NCBI RefSeq assembly: GCF_001194135.2
Contig: NC_068987.1
Location: 87,414,027-87,454,651, forward strand
Origin: Octopus bimaculoides
Taxonomy: Eukaryota
Direction: 5' to 3'
DNA: 40,625 nucleotides
A program made the position numbers and the translations under genes. Positions 1-12,087 of this stretch are shown here, piece after piece. The notes under the pieces are model-generated. The model was given only the letters and a program-made list of their open reading frames with translations. It was not told the origin of the DNA and ran no database searches. Positions within the stretch are counted from its first letter, which is position 1. Every line of letters begins with the position of its first letter.

Positions 1-672
1 ATATATATATATATACCAAGATGCATGTGGGCTCACGCACACACACACACACACACACAAAATACATGAAAGATATCTGCATATAAATATCCATCGATCG
101 ATTTATCTTATACTTCTATACTTGTTTATATATACATACATATGTGTGTGTGTGTGTGTGCTTGCGTGTGTGTGTACATATATATATATATGCATGTATG
201 TATGCACGTATGTATATATGTCTATATCTATGTATATAAGCATGCCGATTTGATTGTGTTGAATTTGAAAGGCGGTGCCAAACGACAAGGTGTAGCCAGT
301 TGTATGAGAACGTGATAAAACGCTAGATACGCATAATTATATGAACGCCTACACATGTAGATAAAGTAACATTTACACATATGTGTGTGCATGGTATGCA
401 TGCATAAATTGATACACACACACATGCACACACACATACACAAAATCTGTCATATGTATATATGCATGTATCCTATCTGTCTATCTGTCTATCATGTATA
501 AACTAAAAGCTAGTTCTAAAATCTCTAATATATATGTACACACACGCACATGGATATCTTAAAAATATATAGTAACATATATAAGTATATATTTATATCT
601 ATATATAAAAACATATTATACGTAGAAACGTATATATGTATATATATATATTCATATATATATATATATATA
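1..672. repeat. Low-complexity (TA)n/(CA)n/(TG)n/(TATG)n microsatellite region
   Basis: Dinucleotide and tetranucleotide runs throughout, ending in (TA)n at an N gap. Confidence 0.9.
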
Positions 673-1308
673 NNNNNNNNNNNNNNNNNNNNNNNNNNNN
701 NNNNNNNNNNNNNNNNNNNNNNNNNNNNNNNNNNNNNNNNNNNNNNNNNNNNNNNNNNNNNNNNNNNNNNNNNNNNNNNNNNNNNNNNNNNNNNNNNNNN
801 NNNNNNNNNNNNNNNNNNNNNNNNNNNNNNNNNNNNNNNNNNNNNNNNNNNNNNNNNNNNNNNNNNNNNNNNNNNNNNNNNNNNNNNNNNNNNNNNNNNN
901 NNNNNNNNNNNNNNNNNNNNNNNNNNNNNNNNNNNNNNNNNNNNNNNNNNNNNNNNNNNNNNNNNNNNNNNNNNNNNNNNNNNNNNNNNNNNNNNNNNNN
1001 NNNNNNNNNNNNNNNNNNNNNNNNNNNNNNNNNNNNNNNNNNNNNNNNNNNNNNNNNNNNNNNNNNNNNNNNNNNNNNNNNNNNNNNNNNNNNNNNNNNN
1101 NNNNNNNNNNNNNNNNNNNNNNNNNNNNNNNNNNNNNNNNNNNNNNNNNNNNNNNNNNNNNNNNNNNNNNNNNNNNNNNNNNNNNNNNNNNNNNNNNNNN
1201 NNNNNNNNNNNNNNNNNNNNNNNNNNNNNNNNNNNNNNNNNNNNNNNNNNNNNNNTATATATATATATATATACATACAAACTCATATACCCATATGAGC
1301 ACATATAC

Positions 1309-1343
<35 letters not shown>

Positions 1344-2094
1344 AATAAAAACTTCATGGCGATAATATTGTGTTTATATTGTAGCCACATTGTGTCCAAT
1401 AGATGTAAGTCTATACATCATGGCCTAGGAAATATTGAACGATCTGATGACAAAATACAATAGATATTCATTGTGCTTAGTTAGTTTGGAAGCTGAATGT
1501 ATTTAATGGGAGATATTCATGTTTGCCGACAGCCATAACGATTTGAAATAACTGTTTCTCTATTGGAAAGCTGAATAGAAAAACGACTGAGAGCATCCAG
1601 ATAATAGAAAACCAACAAGTTAATAACTAATTTTTTTTTCTGCTGCTATTTTTCTTGTTATAATTTGTCCAATCTTAGAATCACTTCAAATTTGCTTTTT
1701 ATCTGAGAGCAATGATTTGAGAAAGGATAATTATGACAGTGTTTCCCATAAATCTAGTGTTAAGCACATTTTACAGACGATAAAGCAATTTTTCAACATC
1801 GGAACACAAATATATATCCGCACATAGGTATTAACAAATAAATATTGAACATACATTTACACATACACACATACGCATACACACTCACATTCACTTTCTC
1901 CTCTCTATCGTTCTGTCTTCCTCTCTACCTGGTCTGCTTTCTCTCTGTGTATTTCTATGTATTTCTATGTCTTTCATTCTCTCAAATACATTGTACACAA
2001 ATTATGCTTACAGATTACATTATGATATAAATGTTACGGTATATCTGTATTTCATATGCTTATGAGATTAGGAAATTTAATATATGTATATATA

Positions 2095-2235
2095 TGTGTT
2101 CCTTTCTGTGGAAGAGCGTAGGCTCGAAACGTTAAAGTCTTTTTTCAATTCCCGAGCGTTATACTAATACATCTGTTTGTTTTCTACACCACCTGCCTTC
2201 GCCTGTTGTTTTTTTTGTGAATTCTCCCTTACACA
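2095..2235 (+). mobile_element. Penelope-like pseudo-LTR fragment (family 2) with hammerhead-like motif
   Basis: cttt-CTGTGGA-A-GAGC-gtag-GCTC-GAAAC-GTT-aaag at 2102-2137, followed by ttcccgagcgttatactaatac. A homologous copy lies on the minus strand near 15310-15385. Confidence 0.6.
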
Positions 2236-3519
2236 NNNNNNNNNNNNNNNNNNNNNNNNNNNNNNNNNNNNNNNNNNNNNNNNNNNNNNNNNNNNNNNNN
2301 NNNNNNNNNNNNNNNNNNNNNNNNNNNNNNNNNNNNNNNNNNNNNNNNNNNNNNNNNNNNNNNNNNNNNNNNNNNNNNNNNNNNNNNNNNNNNNNNNNNN
2401 NNNNNNNNNNNNNNNNNNNNNNNNNNNNNNNNNNNNNNNNNNNNNNNNNNNNNNNNNNNNNNNNNNNNNNNNNNNNNNNNNNNNNNNNNNNNNNNNNNNN
2501 NNNNNNNNNNNNNNNNNNNNNNNNNNNNNNNNNNNNNNNNNNNNNNNNNNNNNNNNNNNNNNNNNNNNNNNNNNNNNNNNNNNNNNNNNNNNNNNNNNNN
2601 NNNNNNNNNNNNNNNNNNNNNNNNNNNNNNNNNNNNNNNNNNNNNNNNNNNNNNNNNNNNNNNNNNNNNNNNNNNNNNNNNNNNNNNNNNNNNNNNNNNN
2701 NNNNNNNNNNNNNNNNNNNNNNNNNNNNNNNNNNNNNNNNNNNNNNNNNNNNNNNNNNNNNNNNNNNNNNNNNNNNNNNNNNNNNNNNNNNNNNNNNNNN
2801 NNNNNNNNNNNNNNNNNNNNNNNNNNNNNNNNNNNNNNNNNNNNNNNNNNNNNNNNNNNNNNNNNNNNNNNNNNNNNNNNNNNNNNNNNNNNNNNNNNNN
2901 NNNNNNNNNNNNNNNNNNNNNNNNNNNNNNNNNNNNNNNNNNNNNNNNNNNNNNNNNNNNNNNNNNNNNNNNNNNNNNNNNNNNNNNNNNNNNNNNNNNN
3001 NNNNNNNNNNNNNNNNNNNNNNNNNNNNNNNNNNNATTTAAAGAAAAACCATTATTAAATAATTCAACAAAGAAGAATTCAACTCACACCCTCCAGAAAA
3101 CAAATATATCACAAAACCCTTATTCAAAAAAATCAATAAAATACAAAAAGAATAACTAATAAATGGTATATATAAATAAATATATATATATATAACTTAT
3201 ATATATGTTTATATGTATATATATATTATATATGTATAAAAGAAAATAGAGACATTAATTAATAAATAATAATTTATTAATTGTCTCTCTATTTTCTTAT
3301 CTTATTTAAATAAATATATATAAACCACGGTTTATATAGTTACCTCAGAGTTGAATATTAATTGTAATGGTCAACACTCTTTGTATAGGTAACTAACCAC
3401 TACTATTTTACTATCCCTTAATGAGGTCTGTAACCTTTATTTGAACTTATATATATATAACTTAGATATGTTTCGACCAAAGATTGCTCCAGTCCGTGTC
3501 TAACTTAATAGCATTACCT

Positions 3520-3860
3520 GACAGGTTTAGCTAAATTCTTTCCAAGTCAACTTTTGTGGTATCATGGTCCATTCGAGTAGGGAGTTCTTGTTGAGTGAGT
3601 TGCATCTAAGTGCATGTGGCTCATCTGGTATCCCTTGAAGAAATTTGTCCCGATTCCATTTAAGGTGATGGGATCCTTTTCCTCTGATCTGTTTTGGGAC
3701 AATATTAAATAGGACAGGGCCTGTTGAGGAAAAGAAATTGTGTTGCTGTGTATTTATGTGTTGTGATCTTGAATTGGGTAGGGGACATATGGCTTGTGGT
3801 CCTAGCCTTGGATGAATTTTGAAGCTAATGTTGAGGTTGTTTGAACAATGCTGGCGATAT
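3520..3860 (-). mobile_element. CR1/L2-like LINE 3' fragment (post-RT C-terminus)
   Basis: Minus ORF ...LNISFKIHPRLGP...HNFFSSTGPVLFNIVPKQIR...RDKFLQGIPDEP...SLNKNSLLEW resembles the C-terminal tail of invertebrate CR1/L2-group ORF2. Confidence 0.7.
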
Positions 3861-4269
3861 ATTCTCCACATGTATATATATTCTCACGGCGGCGCTGGAG
3901 AGAATAGAATTTCAATGCTTATACATACATACATGCATACATGATGGCCGTCCACTCGGTCGGCAATATTCTTCTCGCCCACTCGTGACACGCGTATGCG
4001 CGCGCGCGCGTGGAACAGTCGGCATTTCCCTACCCACGTTGAACAATAGCTGCAATCAAACTGACTTTTATTGAGGGAATGCATTTCGTGTATGAAAGCA
4101 AGCTGTTGAATTTCTTTTGAACATTTATCCTTCATGTAAGAAATGTAATTGTATTTTCAATACATTTATAGCTGTCTGGTGTCTAAAGCTCTGTGTTACA
4201 GACCCGGACTCTGTATCAGTTCATAATCGAATTGTGTAAATGACAAAATTAATCGAAGCTTATTAATTA

Positions 4270-4870
4270 TGTGTAATGTCTTAAAGGAATGTGAAGATGA
4301 TTTTGAGATTATCTTCTCTGTAAAAAAAGGTGCTGGAGTCCTTGGAGATGAAATCTATGGCAATGCCTCCCCATCCGATATTTGAGCCAAAGCTGAAGAT
4401 ATGCTGTTTCGTGGTAGTTTAAAAGCAGGGCGAAAAGAACCGCTTTCGACATTGTTGCATTCGACTGGGTGTCATTCTTCAGCAATTCAAGTCTAACTTT
4501 ACCATTGAAATGAATTTTTACTCACACTTCATAGAAAAGCAGTGGAAAAAAAAACATTTATGCTGACCGGAGGTACACAATAAACGCGATTTGATAACAT
4601 TGTTAAAATTTATGTCAGACTGGTCTTAGATTGCGATACACTGCTTTCTTGATCTCCATCACTTGTTTCGTCTCAATGACGTTTCATTTACCATCTAACT
4701 TTCCACTCATGATGACAGTAGCAACTTCATTGCATTGCACTCAGGTGCATGTTCTCCAGACGGCCCTTTATTTTCATAATTGACAATTAGAAACTCTAAG
4801 GTGGGCTGAAACATAAACGCACACTTAGAATTTCTAATATAACTGTTCTTTGCATCCATCAATTTCTACC
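4270..4870 (-). mobile_element. Decayed Helitron Rep-helicase fragment (region N-terminal to Rep)
   Basis: Hand translation of the minus strand with frameshifts: NSYIRNSKCAF..PTLEFLIVNYENKGPSGEHAPEC / NEVATVIMSGKLDGK*NVIETK ... FPLLFYE. This matches the recalled Helitron motifs RPAGEHxRRYNAPxxNEVA and YPLLFPxGEDG. Several stops. Confidence 0.7.
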
Positions 4871-5651
4871 TTTCTACCTCTTATCCCTAGAAGTTTACTT
4901 TCCTCTCGTTTCTCTCATTTTTGCTTGTAGTTCTCTATATTTTTGCACTCGAATTATACAGGAGTGCTGACCATTGCAGAACCATTTTATTCTTTCTTTT
5001 ACAAAACAAATATCTAAACATTTAAAATGATATTTCTTCAGTTTCTTTGACAAGTTATAACCTTGTTTTTATTCGTATATGAATACTTAATAGAAAGGAG
5101 CAAGCGTGATAAATTTGAACACGCATCCACAAAATATAACTTACTGAGTTGGATGAATTAAAACGAATAAAACTACGACAAAGAATGAAAGAACGAAAGG
5201 TGGCCGAGGGGAAGTGAAAAGTAATGATATTATGAGAAAGAGAGGGAGACAGAGGAGAAAGAGAGGGATTGAAAGAAATGTCAAAAAGATTAGAATAACG
5301 AAAAGGGATAATGATAGGAAGATAAATTAAAAATAGAGAAAAAAAGCAATATATCAATACAACATACGTATGGANNNNNNNNNNNNNNNNNNNNNNNNNN
5401 NNNNNNNNNNNNNNNNNNNNNNNNNNNNNNNNNNNNNNNNNNNNNNNNNNNNNNNNNNNNNNNNNNNNNNNNNNNNNNNNNNNNNNNNNNNNNNNNNNNN
5501 NNNNNNNNNNNNNNNNNNNNNNNNNNNNNNNNNNNNNNNNNNNNNNNNNNNNNNNNNNNNNNNNNNNNNNNNNNNNNNNNNNNNNNNNNNNNNNNNNNNN
5601 NNNNNNNNNNNNNNNNNNNNNNNNNNNNNNNNNNNNNNNNNNNNNNNNNNN

Positions 5652-5707
<56 letters not shown>

Positions 5708-5837
5708 TAGAACTTATATATTATGTATAGAATATATCTACAAAACACACACACATATATATATATATATTATACATAAATCTATATAAGTGTACGGGTA
5801 GGTATGAGTATATGCATACATACAGACATACGCACAC

Positions 5838-5880
<43 letters not shown>

Positions 5881-6062
5881 AAGTTTGGGTGTGTTTTGTA
5901 TGTGTGTTTTGTATGTGTATAAACCTCAATATTAATAACGAGTGAAAGATAAATTACGATTGATTTATGTGTGGGGAGAGTGCGAGAATGTGCGGTGGTA
6001 GGGGTGATATTTGTTCGGTATTTGAGTTTTTTTTCATTTCAGATATTTTGTAGATGGTTAAT

Positions 6063-6158
<96 letters not shown>
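6063..6158. repeat. (GA)n microsatellite
   Basis: Near-perfect AG run. Confidence 0.98.
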
Positions 6159-6161
<3 letters not shown>

Positions 6162-7272
6162 GTATGAGTGTATGTGTGTGTGTGATTATAGTAAGTGTGT
6201 ATAAGTATAATCACGTATATGCGCGTGTGTGCGTAGGCGTGTTAGAGGATGTAGGATGCAGGTGTAAGTAAGTGCAGGATATATAAGCATGTGTGTGTGT
6301 GGGAGTGTGTTTTTATATACGAATTTAGGCAATTTAGTGTGGCCGAATACATGTGTGTATATATCGTGCTTGTGTGTGTATAATATGTAGCGATGAATTA
6401 TTCATTTCGAAAACGGCCAATTATTTTATTGAAATGTTTTTTTTTGTAACTAGCCAATTATTAATGGCTATTTACTGGTGAACCTATGATTATTGTTCCA
6501 GTGTGAAAGTAATTTGGTGGGAGGCAATAAAAGAGAGCAGAAGGGGGTGGGTATGATGTGGCATGGTTAAAGTGAAGGCGTACGAAGGTCACATGAGGAG
6601 GGGGATCGAATTATTTCTGAACAGATGTGGCTGTTTGAATGTAAGTATAACTGTTTATCTGTGTTTCAGTAAAGTGTGGCTAACAGTACCTATGATTTAT
6701 ATGGTGTACAGATGAACGAAGTTTCATAAAGTGGAGTCGTGGGATGCTGAGAATCACATATAATGAAACATGTGAAGAGCAGAGGTTTTCTGACCAGACT
6801 GAAAAAGTGTTAACGATGTAAACAGTTACTTCTCAATTGCATGGTGGGTTATACCAAAATACTTTCCCTTTTCTGTTTTTAGTTTTTTTGGGGGTTGATT
6901 TGGGGAAGTATTTGATCTGTGCTTTGAAACCGCTTAGCTTAAAGACCTATATAAACTTTTGATGTATATATGTGTCGTTATATTAAAGTAGGATAACTAG
7001 TGTTGGAATCTCAAAATTCTAACCGAAATGTATTTCGCGATGTTTGTTGTAGATGTTTATCTATAATGGATTGTTTTGTTGGTTCATCTGAAAGTCGCTT
7101 GAGGTTTATTAGGGTCTAGAATAGTATCAATAATTTTTATATTTTTTATGCTAAATTTAAAAACATTTCATATAGAAATGTTTGAAGGAGGGTGTAAGTT
7201 CTTTCCTGCAGTTATTTGTGGCCCCGAGTTTCATGATTTTGGTATTTTGGTTATCATTGTAAATCTCTATGA

Positions 7273-7316
<44 letters not shown>
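7273..7316. repeat. (ACT)n microsatellite
   Basis: Perfect TAC run. Confidence 0.97.
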
Positions 7317-7461
7317 TGACCATATTCCCCTTTGTTCTTTTTTTCTCCTATCACCTCTTCTCACGTATATCTGCATGCATATTATGTACATATGTATTAT
7401 TGTTTTTATGTATGAATGTATGTATGTTTGTATACAGATAGGCATACACGTATATACACAC

Positions 7462-7878
7462 GCTGGCTGTGTGGTAAGTAGCTTGCTTGTCAGCCACATG
7501 GTTCCGGGTTCAATCTCACTTCGTGGCACCTTGGGCAAGTGTCTTCTACTATAGCCTCGGGCCGATCAAAGCCTTGTGAGTGGATTTGGTAGACAGAAAC
7601 AGAAAGAAGCCCGCTATATACATATGTATATGTGTGTGTGAGAGTGTGTGTATGTATGTTTGTGTGTGTGTGTTCGTGTGTCTGTGTTTATCTCCCCTAA
7701 CATTGCTTGACATCCGATGCTGGTGTGCTTTCGCCCCGTAACTTAGCGATTCGGTAAAAGGACCCGACAGAATAAGTACTAGGCTTACAAAAAATAAGTC
7801 CTGGGTGTCGATTTGCTCGACTAAAGGCGGTGCTCCAGTATTGCCGCAGTCAAATGACAGAAACAAGTAAAAAAAAAA
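7462..7878 (+). mobile_element. tRNA-derived SINE family A (CORE-like centre, internal microsatellite)
   Basis: Head ggctgtgtggtaag...gggttcaatc, CORE-like ccttgggcaagtgtctt, internal (TA)/(TG) tract, tail aaggcggtgctccag...gaaacaagtaaaa. Homologous to copies at 22131 and 26406. Confidence 0.88.
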
Positions 7879-7965
7879 CAGAATACATATACACATCCAC
7901 ACACACACACAAACACGTATACATGTGGTATGATATAACTATGTTGTTAAGTATATATTCTATAA

Positions 7966-8291
7966 GGAGGCGCAATGGCCCAGTGTTTAGGGCATGGGAC
8001 TCGCGGTCGTAGGATCGTGGTTTCGATTCCCAGACCGGGCGTTGTGAGTGTTTATTGAGAGAAAAACACCTAAAGCTCCACGAGGCTCCGCCAGTGGATG
8101 GTGGCGAACCCTGCTTTCTCTCACTCTTTCTTCTTGTTTCTGTTATATCTGTACTTCAAAGGGACAGCCTTGTCACACTCTGTGTCACGTGTCTATGGAG
8201 TGCTCAGCCACTTGCACGTTAATTTCACGAGCAAGCTGTTCCGTTGATTGGATCAACTGAAACCCCCGTCGTCGTAATCGACGGAGTACCA
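7966..8291 (+). mobile_element. tRNA-derived SINE family C
   Basis: A box-like tggcccagtgtt and B box-like gtttcgattcc. Possible TSD tattctataa (7956-7965) / tattttataa (8296-8305). Confidence 0.8.
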
Positions 8292-9139
8292 CGACTATTT
8301 TATAAACTGCCGTGTACTTTTATGTATGTATATTTATATGTATATTTATATATATGAATATTTATATTTACGCATATGTATGTATGCTTCTGTATACATT
8401 TGTATGTATACACATACATTCGTATGTGTATACATGTGTATTTGTATGTATATGCGTGTTTCTATGAATTCATGATATATACGCTTATATTTGTTTGTTT
8501 ATTTTTTCTATAGAAATATTGCTTTAACATGTAACTCTCTAATGGTATTTTGATAGACATATCTAGACAGAATTATATTTTCTTCTGTATAAATAGAAAA
8601 TTTACGATTCATAAATTTGCTTGATAGCGCAGCACACGATAATCTCGGTCCTTGAATTTCCTATAAACCTTTACAGTTAAAGAATTCAAAAATGTATATA
8701 TTTTATTCACTTATTAAGTATTGCGTGCTGTTTCTTCTGCTCTTATGCTGGTACCGCCAAACTCTCACACACACATCATCAATAAACAAACATATATACA
8801 CATACACGTACAGAGATCGTTTAAGATAACAAGTTATTACATACGTCGCGAGAAAGAGGGTGAGTGGTACAGCATGATCGAACATGATGGAACGATGACA
8901 GAAACATCTGGCCCACTGTCGCAACACCTGACTCAAAGCTAATGTTGCTGTGCGGGACCAGTGTTGCAAACTTCGGGGTGTGGCCCCCAGGCAGCTTTGG
9001 TGTTGCAGTGGAAGAGACCGAAACACTTACAGAGCGTCTTCAACTCCGGATAAGACATCGACTTCTGCATTCCGAGACGAAAACCCGTAGCCACCTCATA
9101 ACTGCTTACTCTAAACATACATGCATACATACATACATT

Positions 9140-9427
9140 ATGACCTGGAAACGGAAATCAGGAATTGGTAGGACCACCAGGAAAGCTGCCGCTTTATAAA
9201 ACATAAGAGAGAATCTTACAGTGACGACAGACAAGCCGAACAGAATAAGGATACGGAAACTCATAAAATTCACCGTGATACAGAAGTGAAAGCGTCGGAA
9301 CAGAGCAGGGATACGCTATCTCGCCAAATAACAAGGAGAAATCATAAAGTGAAGGCCTCGGAACAGAGCTGGGACGCTTTAGCTCGCCAAATGACACACA
9401 AAAATCTTCAAGTGAGAGCTTCGGAAC
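9140..9427 (+). pseudogene. Helitron Rep-helicase N-terminus (decayed) with 21-aa repeats
   Basis: ATG at 9140 gives MTWKRKSGIGRTTRKAAAL*NIREN, resembling basic MPRKRKSxxGR starts of invertebrate Helitrons. Followed by 63-nt repeats (GTG at 9286, 9349, 9412) encoding VKASEQ units. Confidence 0.6.
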
Positions 9428-9583
9428 AGATTAGGAACATTACTTACATTATTTACATTTTGACGGATATTTGTCTTCATCTTGTTTGTTGTTAACACAA
9501 CGTTTTGGCTGATATACCCTCCAGCCTTCATCAGGTGTCTTGAGAAATTTCGAACCTGGGTTCTCATTCCTAAGGTGTTTTTC
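9428..9583 (-). mobile_element. Penelope-like pseudo-LTR (family 1), no adjacent tRNA head, hammerhead core mutated
   Basis: Reverse complement reads ccttaggaatgagaacccaggttcgaaatt..gacacCTGATGAaggctg..cagccAAAACGTTgtgtt, so G12 is changed to A. Homologous to 10330-10500, 29700-29835 and 29995-30160. Confidence 0.8.
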
Positions 9584-9584
9584 C

Positions 9585-9585
9585 A

Positions 9586-9635
<50 letters not shown>
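9585..9635. repeat. (ATT)n microsatellite
   Basis: Near-perfect ATT run. Confidence 0.95.
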
Positions 9636-9657
<22 letters not shown>

Positions 9658-10096
9658 CATTACTATTATTATTTTATGTTTGACTTTTGTTTTGCATTTG
9701 TACAAGTTGGATCCAAGTCTCACCCAGNNNNNNNNNNNNNNNNNNNNNNNNNNNNNNNNNNNNNNNNNNNNNNNNNNNNNNNNNNNNNNNNNNNNNNNNN
9801 NNNNNNNNNNNNNNNNNNNNNNNNNNNNNNNNNNNNNNNNNNNNNNNNNNNNNNNNNNNNNNNNNNNNNNNNNNNNNNNNNNNNNNNNNNNNNNNNNNNN
9901 NNNNNNNNNNNNNNNNNNNNNNNNNNNNNNNNNNNNNNNNNNNNNNNNNNNNNNNNNNNNNNNNNNNNNNNNNNNNNNNNNNNNNNNNNNNNNNNNNNNN
10001 NNNNNNNNNNNNNNNNNNNNNNNNNNNNNNNNNNNNNNNNNNNNGTATTGTTTTCGTCTTCAGATTCCACATTTTGCTAATTTCTATTTCAAGATC

Positions 10097-10223
<127 letters not shown>

Positions 10224-10224
10224 T

Positions 10225-10501
10225 CATATGGCGTAGTGGTTAGGAGTGCGGGCTACTAACCCGATGATTCCGAGTTCGATTCCAAGCAGTGATTTGAATA
10301 ATAATATAATAATAACAATATCATCGTAAAATACTTTAGGAATGAGAACCCAGGTTCGAAATTTTTCAAGATACCTGATGAAGACTGGAGAGTATATCAG
10401 CCGAAACGTTGTGTTAACAACAAACAAGATGAGGACAAATATCCGTCAAATGTAAATAATGTAAATAATGTACATTATTCCTCATCTCTTAAATATAGAA
10501 C
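10225..10501 (+). mobile_element. tRNA-headed SINE-like element with Penelope-like pseudo-LTR body (family 1)
   Basis: A box tggcgtagtgg, B box gagttcgattcc, short (AAT)n, then taggaatgagaacccagg...hammerhead motif...cttaaatatagaac. Confidence 0.82.
10370..10415 (+). ncRNA. Minimal type I hammerhead ribozyme motif
   Basis: gatac-CTGATGA-a-gactg(gagagtatat)cagcc-GAAAC-GTT-gtgtt. Core intact, one mismatch in stem II, stem I has 5 bp including two G-U pairs. Confidence 0.6.
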
Positions 10502-10743
10502 AGATAAGAAACACTCTAGTTCGCCGAAAATCAAGACAAGTACAATTTCCTATAAAACTGGTGTTCTCATTCACAGCAAACAAGGAACAGGTCCACACTT
10601 TAGATCGTTTAGGTGTATTTTTACCCACTCCGATGTTTACACACAGCCAGTTATACGTCGCTATGAGTAGGGCAACGGACTCCAGTAATTTGAAAATTAG
10701 TGTCGACCACACACAAAATATCGTCTACAAAGCAGTTTTGTAA
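10502..10743 (+). pseudogene. Helitron PIF1-like helicase C-terminus
   Basis: RQVQFPIKLVFSFTANKEQVHTLDRLGVFLPTPMFTHSQLYVAMSRATDSSNLKI...TQNIVYKAVL* matches PIF1/Helitron motifs V-VI (QFPxxLAFAxTINKSQGQT...HGQLYVALSR) and the NIVYKEVL end. Confidence 0.9.
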
Positions 10744-10821
10744 TCATATTGATATTAAAATCCATTGACACATTTTTCAATACATACTGCTGCTATGGCT
10801 TCCCTCCCTCATTTTATGCCT

Positions 10822-10847
10822 CCATCGTAGATGGGTAGACTTGCTGG
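10822..10847 (+). mobile_element. Helitron 3' terminus (hairpin plus CTRR)
   Basis: CCATC-gta-GATGG hairpin at 10822-10834, then CTGG at 10844-10847 followed by T, about 100 nt after the helicase stop. Confidence 0.7.
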
Positions 10848-10852
10848 TAATA

Positions 10853-10926
<74 letters not shown>
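10848..10926. repeat. (AAT)n/(GAT)n microsatellite
   Basis: Long AAT run with GAT variants. Confidence 0.95.
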
Positions 10927-10928
<2 letters not shown>

Positions 10929-11345
10929 CTGTGATCAAGGACTACAACAGAGGAACCTGTCTCTCAATAGATATGTCTTTCCTACAAGATCAAAATGTCC
11001 CAAGAAATTAACACGAAAATCTTTCTCACTATAAAGAGCTGCAAATTGAAATCACAAAAATGTGGAAGCTTATTACTACGATAATACCAGTGGTAATTGG
11101 TGCGTTGGGAATGTTAAAGAAGGGAGCTGAGAAGTATATTAAGCAACTTCCTGATAATTCTAATCATCATGAACTACAAAAGATAACTTTGATGGGTACA
11201 GCCCATATCCTACGGAAAGCAGTCTCCATCTAAAATGGAATAAATGTGATAATAATTTTAGCATGCATAGCAAAACAAAGGTGCCCTTGCTACTCATGGC
11301 CCTTGGAGAATGCCCGGTACTAAGGAAGCTGAAATAAAGTTATAA
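10927..11345 (+). mobile_element. R4/Dong-like non-LTR retrotransposon 3' fragment 1 (RLE domain)
   Basis: Hand translation: VIKDYNRGTCLSIDMS...YKELQIEITKMWKL..TIIPVVIGALGMLKK...LQKITLMGTAHILRKAVSI* (stop at 11231-11233), then 3' UTR. Confidence 0.82.
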
Positions 11346-12073
11346 TGAAAAGAAAACACTAATATACCAAAACATATAATGAAAAGAAACATAACAAGTA
11401 ATTTTAGAATTTGTGGAGATGGACAAGAAACAATAGATCATATTATCTCTGGCTGCCCAGTCCTGGCTAAGAAGGAATATATTCACAGACACGACAGAAC
11501 TGGGACCTATATACACTGGAAGCTATGCCACCACTATGGAATAACAACAGGAAAAAGATGGTATAAACACACGCCAGAAAAGGTCACAGAAAACGAGAAA
11601 GCAACCATACTCTGGGATATACCAATACACACAGATAGAGAAATTAAGGCAAATAGACCAGATATAGTTGTCAAAGATCATGAAGAAAAAAAATGCTTTC
11701 TAATTGATGAATCAATACCAGCAGATGACAACGTTTCCCTAAAAGAAATGGAAAAACTTTCAAAATACAAAGACCTGGAAATAGAGGTAACTCGAATGTG
11801 GAATCTAAAAACAGAAACAATTCCTATTATAGTAGGTGCCTTAGGTATAATAAAAAAAATATTCAGACAAATACATAACAAAAACACCAGGGCTTACAAA
11901 TATATACAACATACAGAAAATTGCACTACTGGGCACTGCACACATCCTACACAAAACACTTTCAATACAGTAACCATAAGAGCACCACAGCAAACCACAG
12001 CACATGCCCAAGGCACACAGAGCTGCGCTCGGTAGTGAAGTGAAAGCACGTTATAAAAATAAAACTACTGAAC
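11346..12073 (+). mobile_element. R4/Dong-like non-LTR retrotransposon 3' fragment 2 (zinc knuckle plus RLE)
   Basis: ORF 11379-12035: xRICG..ETIDHIISGC knuckle, RHD motif, ANRPDIVV..D..KCFLID RLE, KxxKYKDLEIEV.RMW..KT.TIPIIVGALG. Frameshift at the A run near 11855. Ends in (AAT)n. Confidence 0.9.
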
Positions 12074-12087
12074 AATAATAATAATAA

